Source: Microthyrium microscopicum
Taxonomy: Eukaryota
Reading direction: 5' to 3'
Length of the DNA: 64,000 nt
Assembly: GCA_010405405.1 (NCBI GenBank)
Contig: MU004236.1
Location: 1,432,070-1,496,069 of the forward strand
The notes under the pieces are model-generated. The model ran no database searches. It was given only the letters and a program-made list of their open reading frames with translations, and was not told the origin of the DNA. The position numbers and the translations under genes were made by a program. The first letter of the stretch is position 1, and the number at the start of each line of letters is the position of its first letter. Of the stretch, positions 49,431-61,904 are shown one piece after another.

Positions 49431-49924
49431 GACAACGCGTTTCCGGTTCCTAGACGTCGCCGCAGATAGTGGTCCACCTCTGGATGATCCTGTCGCTACA
49501 AGTGCTGTGCTAGGGTCTGCGTGGTGAAGGAGGTGTTGAGACGCGAGGGCATTCGCTAGGCCATCAATCGCCGACTTCTGTAAAAAGGCCATGAGTGTTG
49601 GAGGAGGAAGAATCGTGGCATAAAAACGTTGGATCCCGCTCATTGTCTGGACGCTTTACCTGCATGACCCAGGGCTAGAGCGATGAATCCCAAATGGCTC
49701 AGTACATGAGAAGACAACCTCTACAGGCGAAGCGAATCCCAAGCTCTTTGCGACACCCATACTCTTTCGATCAATAATTGTTGGTTTAGACAGACGTGGT
49801 CATATAAGATCATGGGTTGTTCACCCGTCTCTGCATATCCAGAGTCTATCTTTCATTTCTCCAGCCAAACAAACCATTAAAGTAGCCACAAGTAATGCAA
49901 TTAATTTTCATTCTTCAAGCATAC

Positions 49925-51051
49925 CTACCTAAGTGCTCCCTTCTCTTCTGCCTCCATCGCCTTCGCATCCTTTCCATCCTGCCCACCATTAGAACTCTCC
50001 GCTTGAGCCACGGGCGCTGGCACAGTCAATACCACTGGTGCCGGCGCACTTCTCCCACCAGAATGCAACCGTTGATCCAATGCCTGAAGTGCTAATGCGC
50101 GTCTTCGTCCCGCTTCATCACGTCTTCCACCCCTCGTTGGCAACGCACCACCCTCCGTCCTAGCCATAGCCTGCTCGTTCCCCGCATCGACATGCTCCGC
50201 GCTAAAAGGGCTACACACCCTCAACGCGACCAGCAAATCAAACACTGTCTCGCAGATTTTTGCGACGGGCGTATGTAGCGGTTCTGGGAAAAAATATGCT
50301 AGCGCGAAGGTATCGCTCGCGTCGCCACGATCTACTGGCAAGTCCCCGCCCGTGGCGCTGCTTAGAGATAGAGAAGATTGGTAGTAGCGCAGATATGTCC
50401 AGGACGTGAAGAAGGAGAGCCAGGAGAGAAACATGGCGGTGTCAGTGCCGAGCGCAAGTCCAGCGATGGTGTTGACTAGTAGGAAGGTGGCTGGTAAGTG
50501 TTTTACGCGTATACGGAGGATACGGGCGAGGGAGACTGTGTGTTCGGGGACGAGTTGTTTGAAGGCTACGAGAAGGGCGGATTGGATGGCTATGCCGCCT
50601 GATACGGTCGTAGTCCTGGTTGTATGGTTAGTAGAGCTCAGGGGATCTTCTGTGGTGTTACTTACAGGGCGCGGTTGGATTTGCTGGCTTCATAGAGGAA
50701 GATGTAGGTGGTGAAGCACAGTGTGTTGGGTATTATGCTGATCAAAAAAATGAAGCGACCGAATTCATACAGTCCCCAGGCGCGTTCGAGGTAGCGGCCG
50801 CCAAAGAATAGGGTGAGGCCTGTTCCAATGAGCCCGAGGATGTTTTGCTCGACGAAGGTAGCTGTTACGAGGGTCCATGGGTATTTAAAGGATTGGCCTG
50901 GGACCAGAGAGAGGAGAGGAGAGCCATGGCCGGTTCGCGTGAAGAAAGCGAGGGCCGTTGGGACTGGTTGGAGGATGGAGTTGAGAGAGGTCAAGCCCAG
51001 CAACAAGATCAGCAGGACACGGGTCAAGGGAGGTAGGTTGAATCGCGCCAT
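49925..51051 (-). CDS. Rhomboid-like integral membrane protein (DUF1751 / TMEM115-like)
   Basis: YPWTLVTATFVE, GRYLERAWG, FKQLVPEHTV, SWTYLRYY, RGDASDTFA..FFPEP, RRRALALQALDQRL; intron 50616..50665. Confidence 0.88.
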
Positions 51052-52543
51052 AAGTGAGAATCACAGCTGTATAGGAAAGAGGGATTAGGCGAAGAAGACA
51101 TGAATGGAATAGCAGAAGACCAAGGCGGATGGAGATGGTGTTGAAGGCGTGAAGTTGGACCCTTGAGATAATTGGTTGGGGTTGAGGAGCACAGCATAGG
51201 GGCAGGATCACCGGTTCGCGCATTGTTCAACCATATCATCTTGCTTTTTATTTCTATACTCTTTCGCAAATAGAATAAGACGTTGTTACTGTAATATCTG
51301 CTATACCAACTCTGCATAGAGTACAGTTCATGACACCATACAACATTTCATTGCCTTCAGCAGCGATTATCGACAACGATAATATTAACATAAGAGCAAT
51401 ATTGCAATTGCTTCGAGTATGCTCTGCTCCAAAAGAAGAAAAAGAATGAGAATCAATTCGACCATCAATGTATGGAGCTGGACAGATCACCTTGTCACAA
51501 AAGGGCAAAAAACACAGTAATCACCGGCCTGGCTGACTAGACCTGGCCTATTACGACGCCGAGCAATAGCCTTGAAGGGGTATTAAATTTCACAAGTCCC
51601 TAGAATCCAGCAGGAGACATCGTGTAAGTGGTAATATATGAAAGATTCCTAACTTTTGTTCATACTCTAGAGTATCGCTAGAGTACGAATTGTCCAATGC
51701 CGTCAAAACGGCCACGGTTACTCCCGTCTATCGCTAATTGAGGAACAAATTCGGAGCTACATTCTATAAAGACCTTATCGTTTATTCCCAAGTTCCCATT
51801 AAGATCCTTCTCAAATGTCAAATGTCAGGAAACCAAAGGGCAGTAAAATGGGGCGCGCTTAACTCGCTTTTATACACTATTATCCTTGTCGCTGTCACGC
51901 TTACTTATCCTATCATATGTTGCGAAACGAGACTTGACCCGCGCCGCTGCATGGCTACTACCACTGTACCACTGACTCTGGAATCAACCCTTCAACCATT
52001 TCCATTCCCATCCCGTCTTCTCTCCGATCCTCAAACTCATCTCCACACTCTCTTCTGCAACTTGCGTTTTACTCAAATTCACGAGCGCATATCCTTTTAG
52101 CATCTATCCGCATTTTGTTGTAGATACCAGCACTTCGCTGACCTCTAGAGCTTCTCAGTTCCTCCGCTAACAACTCTTGGCTGTACAGCGCCATAGTCTA
52201 CCCCAGGCCTGCCTGTTACCTGTCTGCACACTTGTCCTGCGCCTTATTTCTAATTATTCTGCCATCAATATTCTGCCCTGAACATTCCCCACTGTACACC
52301 ACCAATCCACGCGACAGAGCCCTGCTTGGGCCACAACTCCCTGACCATCGACTTCTATCCGCGCCAAGACTCGACCTTCCATACTGCAACTTCGGATGCA
52401 GTGACTCCAGTTTAGCCTCCAAACCTCAACTGCTCGACCACAAGTCGCAAATCTCTTGTTGCGCATTCATCCAGCGTCGCTGCGCGCCTGCGCATCCACC
52501 CACTTCGGATCCTTCCTATTGTTCTTCCTAGTTTCCTTGCGCC

Positions 52544-54403
52544 ATGGCATCGGCATCGCGTGAGTCGAGTACCACGGCTTCGACGCGCGAGCGCCTTGGT
52601 AGCAATGTTATGAACTATCTGGTATGGCGATATCTACAAGAAGCCGGATTCGCCATGGCTGCCGAATGGCTCAGCAAAGAATGGCATCTGCACCCCGACG
52701 AAGTCATGCCATTTTACCGTCACGTCAAGCAAAACCAGCTCATCCACATGGTACAAGATGCGTTGTTCATGGACGACATACGGGCTCGGGGTTCACGAGA
52801 TAAACACAGATACTTTTTCGGCGACGACCATGGGCCACTCTACGCGGTGCCCACTTACGATATTGCTGGCGAACGCAAACCTGGCGACGTGCCCCGGGCA
52901 CAGAGCTCGACACCAAACGGTGTGAACGGAACCTCAGAGAGTTCAGCATCGCGAAAAAATAAGCAAAAGGAGCGAGCCAATAGCCATCGCCCCGTCAATG
53001 GAGATGCCATGGATCTGGATGAAAATGGCTATGGACCCTCTGAACAAGCCTCAGAAGTCGACTCGCCCGCACCAGCGGTTCAAGAAGTTGAACCTCTTTT
53101 AAATACCCTAACGATCACAGATAGTAGTGTGGTCGCTGCCGAGAAACCTCTCGAGATATTATCAAGTAGCACGATATTACCATGGCCGGATTCCTTTCCT
53201 ATAGCTCGATCAGACTGGTCTCCAGTACAGCAAAACGCTCTAATGGTTGCCGGCTCGAACACACTAAGATTATTTGGAATTAAGACACCAGAAGATCAAG
53301 TACAGGCGCTAGACATTGAATTGGCTGGTAACACCTTTGAAATAGGCGCTCTTTGTTGGACTGGTGAAGCTAGTGCCGCCATTGCTATAACCGAATCTCT
53401 TGACGGAGAAAGCTCCGAAATCGAGTCTGGCAAGCTAGTACACGTCACAAACTGGGGCCACGAAAGCGATGTATTCGATTCCATGACCGGCACCGTGTTT
53501 GCCCTTCGATATAACCCCGAAGCGAAACTACTCCTTTCGTTATCTGGAGGTACTGCAACCACCATATCCATATATAAACAATCCAGCTCGGGATTCTCAT
53601 TACTATGCGCCAAAGACTTGGAAGGAACATCACTATACGACACCGTCTGGATGAATGAAACACAATTCATCGCATGCGGCACCAACATTCTCCAAATCTG
53701 CGAAATCGTCGACGCTGTCATCACCGTCAAACAAAAGCAAGAGATGAAAAAGTCGTGGTTCCAGATAAAATACGACCCAGTTTGCGACATAGCCGCTTTT
53801 GTCGACGAAAAGATGACCGCTTTGCGCCAATACAATGTCGGTTCCGAGGATACCAAGACCCAGTCTTTTACCAACACGCAAATAACCGATTTCGAGTTCC
53901 AGCCGTTATCAAACGACTCGTCTGTGGCGGAAGCGGGTGGGCGCAGGTTACTGGCGACATCCACAGATGATGGTGTTGTGCAATTGTGGGATGTGCTGCA
54001 ACCATTTACATGCGTGCATAGACTGCAGGTGTATGGAGAGGGGAGTGTTTATCTGAACAAGATCGCCTGGTCGCCGGACGGGGTCTGGTTGGCGGGAGCG
54101 GGCATTGAGACGGTGGCGATATGGAATACGACGGATGAGGGAAGTCAGGCCAAGGCCTTATGGCAGTGTAAGGATGAGGACAGATGGAAGGTAAGTTCAT
54201 CTTGTGGTGGTTTTATTGAAGAATGCACTGATATTTCGATAGTCTCCTCCTGATGGTGAGAGCGGTTGGGTGCACGATCTTAAATGGGATCTGAAAGGAG
54301 AGAAACTGGTATATTCGCTACATGACCAGGTAAGCAACGCAATTTGGTAAAGCGTTGAACTCTGCTAATAACTCCATAGGCGGTCGTCGTTCGGCTTCCG
54401 TAG
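52544..54403 (+). CDS. SIF2: LisH + WD40 protein, Sif2/TBL1-like
   Basis: LisH-like MNYLVWRYLQEAGF, WD repeats (LLATSTDDGVVQLWD, IAWSPDG); introns 54191..54242 and 54330..54379. Confidence 0.78.
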
Positions 54404-54747
54404 TATTGTAAAGCCTTATCGAAGAGGTTGGCATGCTCTCAAAAAAGAAAGCGCATAAGCGAAGCTATTGCTAGCTATGATAGAGAATTAGACGAACTCT
54501 AGTCATTCTCTCTAAAAGGGCCGTGCGGTCAATAGATCACTGAGCTGGTATTCAGTACTAAGATAACGATTACATACAAGCGGAGAGTCTTGAGACGCTC
54601 GCATACAAGAGCATAACATCTACCATTATTCTTTTGGTCCCACAAACCGGGTATATCTATTATTCCCAACCCAGCATGCGCCTGGTAGCTCTAAATTGAG
54701 CGAACATCCGTTCATCTTTCTCATCATCTTTCTCAACATATCATTTC

Positions 54748-55437
54748 TCAACCCATTCGGTTTGCGCCGGACAACAGCTCAATCTTGTCAAGACCCAGCA
54801 CTTCAGTTGCCGTCAAACTCGCCCATGCACCCAAACCTGCACTCGCCAACATCATCAATCCGCGGACCAAGTTCAAGCTTGCCCAGTAATCCACCAGTCC
54901 ATGAACAGTCTCTTCCTTCTCCATAGCCGCATCCTCAACACCTGCATCTTCTGCCTTGCGGTCCAGAGCAGCATTGGTCTTCGCCATGACGGTCAATGTA
55001 TATGGTGCGATTGAGGGTGCGAGGACAGCGGCAGCGGTGTATAGACCGAGGGCGGCGGTGTTGCCATTGTATTCACGATAGGCAAGGGCGCCAAAGATTG
55101 CTCCGACCGCGACGGCGATGGGTGGTGCAAAGACTTTGCCTCTGCCATAGACATTTGACCATTGCTTGGCGGCTAGTGGACTGCGGATTGTTAGTGAGGA
55201 AAACATATGATAGGGAAATGGCATGCGCTTACGCTGGCGCTTGTAGAATTGCGGGGACGGTGAATGTGGAAATTCCGATGATTGCACCTGTGATGGTTTA
55301 GTATTTTGCTTGGATGTTATGCTTTATTGAAGCGGGCGGATATACGAACCCGCGAGGCCAGCCGCGCCTGTGATACCGAGTAGTTGGGCGGCACGCACGA
55401 CGGCGGGGACGTCTCGGTGGAGGAAAGGGACGCTCAT
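54748..55437 (-). CDS. DUF1772 (anthrone-oxygenase-like) membrane protein
   Basis: AKQW..VY.RGK, IAPYTLTVMAKTNAAL, LVDYWASLNLVRG; three exons. Confidence 0.85.
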
Positions 55438-56859
55438 GGTGTCTGATTGAGTTGTAGTTTTGGGTAGATGTGTTATCGAGAAGAGATGGAACTGTCGAGG
55501 TTGCGAGTTGGAGGGAGTTGTCAATGGTCAAGGAAGCAAGGCAGCAGCAAAAGGAAGGGCGAATCAAGAATGACGCACCGACCCATTGACCATTCAAATT
55601 GTTCAATCCTTGTGTCGCTCAGCCTTTTGGCAAATCCTCCTCCAAAATACATGATTGGCCTACTAAAAGTTGAATACATCCACTTTCTAATATTTTCTGG
55701 ATATTTAATCTAGACCGGGAAACATCTCAGCACTCATGTTGAACCTCTGGAGCTCCAGCTTGAAGGCCTAGTCTGGCTCCTTTGCACGCTCGGATGGTGT
55801 ATGAAGGAAATACCTTTGTATCACCAAGTACAACACCAAAATTGGACTGCGCACCATGTACCTCATTCCCTTAAAGTACACGGCTCAACTTCTCACCAAA
55901 TTTCAAAATTCCATGCCTAATCTTTTCAGCTCTATCGATGGATTCGCGAATTCGAATCTGTTCGGCTTCTTAGTGATTGATCAATAGAGTACCCGAACAC
56001 GCCGGATTTGAGTTGGCTTGGAGCTTTGACCGACAACTGAACGCCAAGTCTTTTCATTAATTTTACCTAAAGAGCTGGGAATCTGGGAGATATACGGATA
56101 GAACAATCAGCACTTTCTGGATAGCGCACAAGCGCATGCGTTTCTAGCTTTGCTTGCGACTACTAGGTGCAGGTATTTAGGGACTTGTAAGTTGTATGTA
56201 GGTCATTCGACCGCTTTTCATGGGCTACAGCAATGAAGCTTGCATTCAGGCTTGCAAGACCCTTCCCTCGGTCCCCTCCTGGTCCTGCGGTCGGCGCCAA
56301 TGCGAATAATGCCCGCTTCTGCTCTTATGTCGTTTGAATCGCCTCCTTCGCGGGCCAGGACGCCAAAACTGGAGAAGCGGAAGCGCGGTTGCAACTTGCG
56401 GGGACCAAACGCCACCTCCACTTCTTCTTTGCACACACTGCGGAAGGGGGCGGCCAACGAATCCCAGGTGAGCCTGGCCTGGCTCGTAATGCCAATGCCA
56501 ATTGAGCCCAACCTCTGCTGGCCCTCGACTCGAGTAAGCTGTTGCTTGCTGTTGGTTGCGACAATGTCTAGACGGAGCTTGGAGGTCCTGTGGCCTTTTC
56601 ATGCAGAGTTGCCAGTCCTCCGGTGCGTAGTAGGTAGCTAGCATATGCTTACCCCCGGATTTCTTAAAAAGATGGTTGTGACCGCAAAATACTTTCTTGT
56701 CCTTAACCGCCCACTACTACCTGTTACTATTCTGTCCACTGATGTACTTGAGCCTATGATGAACCAATTTTCAGTGGTCTTCATCTACCCGAAACAGCTA
56801 CCGACAGCGAGAATGACGCTTGAGCCTACTTCCCTATACATAGTATACTAGACTTCAAT

Positions 56860-59800
56860 ATGTCTTCCGAACACAATATCCATACCCTTCCCTACCAACA
56901 ATCGCCTACACCTCCACCTTTACACATATTCGATCCGCAGCCCCCATCCGCTGTTCTGCTCCAACAACAGCAACAGTACGAGGGTTCCGTTAGCTTCCCA
57001 GAATATACCACAGCCGCACACCATTCGCCCGACTTCAATCTTGTAGCTAGTCCTACTATTGAAAACCTCGCCTTTCACGCTCCTTCTCCTACGCCCTCTA
57101 ACGCTTCAGTCCATTCTGTACACTCGGTTCATTCGCACCACTCTTTCCACAGCGGGCAGCAGAGTCCTACGCACTTTGGTCCCACATTCTCAGACGTCCA
57201 AATACCCACTTTCCATGGCCCACAACGAACATTTGCAGGCTTTGTGAATTCGGCGCCTTTAACGAGTCCGCGGCCGAGTGCAGCATACGCTCTGTCGCCT
57301 ACTTCGCCTTTTGCTCCTAATGGGCCAGCTGTCCACGGACACCTGCCCCCAGGCTTTGGATCTGGTCCACCACATAAACGGTTGAGTGTCAGCAGTGTGT
57401 CGTCTTACGGTGGCCGTGAAGGTAGCATCGAGCACATGGAAATGTATGGCACACCAGAGGCGGCTCAGCCAATGCTTGAAATGTCTATGGACAACATATC
57501 CCAGAGCAATATGCAAGATGGCAGCATGAACATGCACGACACGAGCAAACGGAAATCACGCGAAGGTGATGAGTGGCCACCTCCATGGAGCGAATTGAAG
57601 ACAAAAGCAGGGAAAGATCGCAAGCGGTTGCCATTGGCCTGTATTGCCTGTAGACGAAAGAAAATAAGATGCAGCGGCCAGAAACCAGCTTGCAAACATT
57701 GTCTCCGGTCGAGGGTTCCTTGTGTGTATAAAATCAATACTAGGAAAGCAACACCAAGAACGGATTACATGGCAATGCTGGACAAGAGGCTAAAACGAAT
57801 GGAAGATCGGGTCATAAAACTTATACCAAAGGACAGTGAGGCTGCATCGATACCTAGAGCGATTGTAAAGCCCACAACTGCACCTCCAGGCGCAAAATCA
57901 CCAAAGAAAAACCGCAAGCGTGTTGCAGATGAAGCTTTTGGAGGAGAAGATGATATTGATGCATGGGCACAAACGACTCACGATGGACTTGGCGTAATGC
58001 CCATGCACAAAGAGTCTACAGATGAAGACACTCTTTTCCTGGAAGGCGCGGCGCATTTACCTTCAAAGGACATTCAGCTTCATCTGGCAGAGATTTATTT
58101 CGAATATGTGTATGGCCAGAGTTATCCATTGTTGCACAAACCAACATTCATGCGTAACCTCATTGCAGGAACAGTACCGCCTGTCCTGGTACTTGCTGTG
58201 TGTGCCATATCAGCTCGATTCTCTCAACATCCACAATTGCGAATAAAGCCAGCATTTTTACGAGGCGAAGAATGGGCAGAGCCCGCAAGACGAATCGCAT
58301 TAAAACGTTTTGATCAACCAAATATAGCAATTCTTACAGTCTATCTACTCCTTGGACTACACGAGTTTGGAACCTGCCACGGCGGAAGAAGTTATATGTT
58401 TGGCGGCATGGCTCAAAGAATGGGTTTAATGCTCCAACTCCACAAAGATCGCGACATATCTGATCTAGCTGGCCCAGCGGGTGGCAATAGCAAAACTGGC
58501 GGAGAACGAAATAGTCATACGGACAAAGAAATACGGCGGCGGGTAATGTGGTCATGCTTCTTAATGGACAGATTTATATCCAGTGGATCGGAAAGACCTA
58601 TGAGCATTCCAGAGATATGCATTGAAATTCCACTACCAGCCCGGGAATCATTGTTTCTCATGGAAATTGAGGGCATCACAGAAACACTGGATGGTAAAGT
58701 CTTGGAACCGGAAATCCCGGAGAGCGTCACAAAGCCCATCTCAAACATGGGAACTATGGCATATCTGATACGACTAGTGTCAATCTGGGGCAAAATGGTG
58801 GTTTACTTCAATCTTGGTGGTCGGGAGGCCGAAAAGGTTCCTGTATGGGCATCTACTTCTCGTTTCATCGAACTTCAAAAGACACTGCAGACATTTTCAT
58901 TCCCGCCATGTCTGGTCTGGAATAGCGATAACTTGGAAACGCATCGTGCATCCAAGCGAGCCAACCAATTTATCTTCATGCATATTGTCTTCCAACACAT
59001 GCGGCTTTTCTGTCACCGCTTTGCTTTGCCAGGATCTGGTATAGTCTTACCCAAAGATGCCCCACAATCATTTACAACCGAAGCTGCCCGAACCGCCATT
59101 GAAGCAGCTAATCAAGTATCGAACCTGGTAAAGGAAGCGGTGACTAGCAACGTTACAGCACCATTTGCTGGCTATGCTGCCTTTTACGCTTCTACGGTCC
59201 ACGTCCAAGGCCTATTCGCCAAGTCACAGAGTACCATCAACCGAGCCAAAGAAAACCTGGCGATCAACGTTCGGTACTTGGACCAAATGAAAAGCTGGTG
59301 GGGCATGTTCCACTTTGTCCAACAAGATCTAAAGCGACTCTTCAAATCGCATGCCGACACGCGACTAGCCCAAAAAGCCGCCGGTCTCGATGTCACAGAT
59401 GATCGCAAATCTCAGCCCATCGCGAAAAAGAACGCCGCCATCTTCCAGTATGGCGACTGGATGGACAAGTACCCCAACGGCGTCTCCAAAATGGACTACG
59501 AAGACCCGGCTCGCCAATCCACCGACGAAGATCCCGCAAACCCGAACCGTGGAGTCCTCGGCGCCCACGAAAAGGAGCTCTTCAGCGTCGATGAGTTCTT
59601 CGACAAACTCAACAAAGGCGAACTTAAACCTCGCCCGGCCCGACAATCCTCCTCCTCCAAACGTCCTCGCTCCACCGGCCCTGTTGAGCTCTCTCGACTA
59701 TCTGATGACCTCACTAACACTCTCGATGACAACACCGCCGCGCCCTTTCAGCCAAGCTACCTTCCCAACGGTCGCCCGCTCGCCATCCAAACCGCCCTGC

Positions 59801-60168
59801 CCAGGTCCAATATGCTCGCCAGCCCATCGACTGCCATGAGCGACCTATCTGCCTGGCCGTTTGACTTTATGCCCGACGCCTCACAAGCTCCACGGGCTGC
59901 CGCGCAAGCGAATATGCTCGGACTTACAGGACTCCCTGGATCTGGCTCTGGGCAGGGCATGGGCATGGGAATGGGAATGGATCTGAGCTGGTATATGCCA
60001 TGGAACTTGCAGCCGCCAATGAACACGCTGGGGGAAGGTATGGCCTTTGAAGCGGCAAGTGCAGGGGCGCAGGCGAGTGGATTGGGCTTTGGAGAGTTTG
60101 AGAGTTGGATTGGGATGGGGTTGGATGGGATTGCTGGTGGAGAGAATGGGAAGAGGGTGGAGCGATGA
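56860..60168 (+). CDS. Zn(II)2Cys6 transcription factor with fungal-specific TF middle domain
   Basis: CIACRRKKIRCSGQKPACKHCLRSRVPC cluster; LLHKPTF and EIRRRVMWSCFLMDR middle homology region; 1102 aa, intronless. Confidence 0.95.
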   Translation: MSSEHNIHTLPYQQSPTPPPLHIFDPQPPSAVLLQQQQQYEGSVSFPEYTTAAHHSPDFNLVASPTIENLAFHAPSPTPSNASVHSVHSVHSHHSFHSGQQSPTHFGPTFSDVQIPTFHGPQRTFAGFVNSAPLTSPRPSAAYALSPTSPFAPNGPAVHGHLPPGFGSGPPHKRLSVSSVSSYGGREGSIEHMEMYGTPEAAQPMLEMSMDNISQSNMQDGSMNMHDTSKRKSREGDEWPPPWSELKTKAGKDRKRLPLACIACRRKKIRCSGQKPACKHCLRSRVPCVYKINTRKATPRTDYMAMLDKRLKRMEDRVIKLIPKDSEAASIPRAIVKPTTAPPGAKSPKKNRKRVADEAFGGEDDIDAWAQTTHDGLGVMPMHKESTDEDTLFLEGAAHLPSKDIQLHLAEIYFEYVYGQSYPLLHKPTFMRNLIAGTVPPVLVLAVCAISARFSQHPQLRIKPAFLRGEEWAEPARRIALKRFDQPNIAILTVYLLLGLHEFGTCHGGRSYMFGGMAQRMGLMLQLHKDRDISDLAGPAGGNSKTGGERNSHTDKEIRRRVMWSCFLMDRFISSGSERPMSIPEICIEIPLPARESLFLMEIEGITETLDGKVLEPEIPESVTKPISNMGTMAYLIRLVSIWGKMVVYFNLGGREAEKVPVWASTSRFIELQKTLQTFSFPPCLVWNSDNLETHRASKRANQFIFMHIVFQHMRLFCHRFALPGSGIVLPKDAPQSFTTEAARTAIEAANQVSNLVKEAVTSNVTAPFAGYAAFYASTVHVQGLFAKSQSTINRAKENLAINVRYLDQMKSWWGMFHFVQQDLKRLFKSHADTRLAQKAAGLDVTDDRKSQPIAKKNAAIFQYGDWMDKYPNGVSKMDYEDPARQSTDEDPANPNRGVLGAHEKELFSVDEFFDKLNKGELKPRPARQSSSSKRPRSTGPVELSRLSDDLTNTLDDNTAAPFQPSYLPNGRPLAIQTALPRSNMLASPSTAMSDLSAWPFDFMPDASQAPRAAAQANMLGLTGLPGSGSGQGMGMGMGMDLSWYMPWNLQPPMNTLGEGMAFEAASAGAQASGLGFGEFESWIGMGLDGIAGGENGKRVER

Positions 60169-60245
60169 TGATAATGATCCAGGGGAATTGAGTTTTGGAG
60201 CAGTTGTTTATTGCATCATGGACAGGAAGGAGGTGGTTTGTTTGA

Positions 60246-60517
60246 TTGTTGATACCAAAGCAGGCTTTTTGAAATGTTGGATGTTGGCATGTTTATTATA
60301 CTGGTGGAGATGACGGACATTTTGGAAGTCGATAGCGAGTTCGTAGCTTAAAGCCTAAGGCTATCTAATGGCGATTGACCGCATAATATTATCATCAATG
60401 ATCGTCAATCGCGATTATTGCGCGATGTTGTACCTAAAGCAGGATTGAAATGTTGGCTTAGTTTTATACTGGTGGAGCCTGTCACATTTTTAGCTTTTGA
60501 TAGCGAGTGGTAGCTTA
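60246..60517 (+). repeat. Diverged ~95 bp direct repeat (about 60246..60350 and 60425..60517)
   Basis: Shared aaagcagg..ttgaaatgttgg...ttatactggtggag...acatttt...gatagcgagt..gtagctta. Confidence 0.8.
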
Positions 60518-60620
60518 CCACCCTCGAAGACCCGGGCATTTAATAGTAAATCAACGCACGTATTGATATCAAACCGCGCTTCGTTCTACAAACCGATTCA
60601 TCAAAGCTATTGGAACGATA

Positions 60621-60767
60621 CCGTTTTTACCCTTTGAGTTCGAACACGGTAGCGCGGTTTTTCTTGCTGGTGGCGCTTCAAACTTAGGCATTGACTCGCT
60701 ATAGGTCACGGACAAACCTCGCCTAAAAAACCGCGCTACCGTGTTCGAACTCAAAGGGTAAAAACGG
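60621..60767. mobile_element. MITE, Tc1/mariner-pogo type (147 bp, perfect 42-bp TIR, TA flanks)
   Basis: ccgtttttaccctttgagttcgaacacggtagcgcggttttt (60621..60662) is the exact inverse of 60726..60767; TA at 60619-20 and 60768-69. Confidence 0.92.
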
Positions 60768-61549
60768 TATGTTTAAACTTGACAGAAATATCTTGCAACG
60801 GCGAAGCTGAAAGGCGGATGCAATCGCGATAGTTATGAGACGTGATTTGCTAGCACTGACCATCGTGGCGGCGTTGTTGATGGCGCGTACCGTATCAAAT
60901 GGTTGTCCTCGTGGAACACGGACCGATGTGGAGATTTTGAGGGTGATTGGAAGGAACTGGACTAGCTGCGAGCCGCAAAGGTGAAAACACTAGTATGTAT
61001 GAAAGTTAAATATCGAAATGGTTTTCGGTGCTTTCAAGGTTTACCTGTGATTTACGGCTGCCCGCATTTGATGTGTTTTGAAACAGGGGATGCAGTATCT
61101 TATGGAAGAATGAAAGATGGGGAAAATGAAGTTGTTAGCGAAGTTGACAAGATGAAGATAAATTGATGATCGTCAAATTAATGGATAAAAGTTTTTCTGA
61201 TCTTTCTGATAAAAGGCATAATTTCCCGGAGGTAGCAGGATCTTTGAATATTAGATTACGCCAAAGTTAGAACATGGCTGATGGGAGAATGGAACAGTGA
61301 TACGGAGTTATTTCCAGGTCCTGAAACACGAGGATATTGAGATTACAGCGGTTGATGGTAGATCTGCTCTCGGAGAGGCGTAGGAAATCCAAAGAACGGG
61401 GAAGAAAGGAATTAACTTCATGGATATCAAAAAGCATTTGTAGCATCACACACGTTGATATGAGAGTCAGCGGAAATGGAGGGAGCTTGGGGACGGCAAA
61501 AAACTAGACTCATAATTGACAAGCGGCACAACGAGCAGTCCATGGCCTA

Positions 61550-61904
61550 CCGTAAAAAGCTGACAAGATGTCAACAAGCTCTGGGGCGTTTATGTGGCTT
61601 TTTTAGGGCAGTTATGAGGCGTACTCTGTTTTTCATATTATCTATTATTCTCTTCACGTTTACTTTGAAAGAATGCTTCAAATTTATTAAGGAGGGTCAG
61701 TATATTAAGCTTATAGACCTTAACTTAATTCTAAGGTATAATAGCCTAAAGGTCTATAGTTTTGATATATTGAAAGTTGACTTTGAAGTTTATGGCTTGT
61801 TAACCTTGCCCATTTTGACGCCCCTTTTGACGCCTCACTGTAGAATAGGCTGTTTTGGCTGAATCGATTGGCTACCTTGTTGACATCTTGTCAGCTTTTT
61901 ACGG
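61550..61904. mobile_element. MITE, Tc1/mariner-pogo type (355 bp, perfect 29-bp TIR, TA flanks)
   Basis: ccgtaaaaagctgacaagatgtcaacaag (61550..61578) is the exact inverse of 61876..61904; TA at 61548-49 and 61905-06; AT-rich interior. Confidence 0.92.

Noticed and set aside
56218..56644. Several overlapping ORFs on both strands
   Set aside because: GC-rich stretch upstream of the transcription factor; no domain signal
60638..60646. GTTCGAAC as a tRNA T-loop
   Set aside because: Part of the MITE TIR; no cloverleaf around it
61476..61862. 128-aa ORF as a transposase
   Set aside because: Runs through the MITE interior with no DDE or HTH motifs
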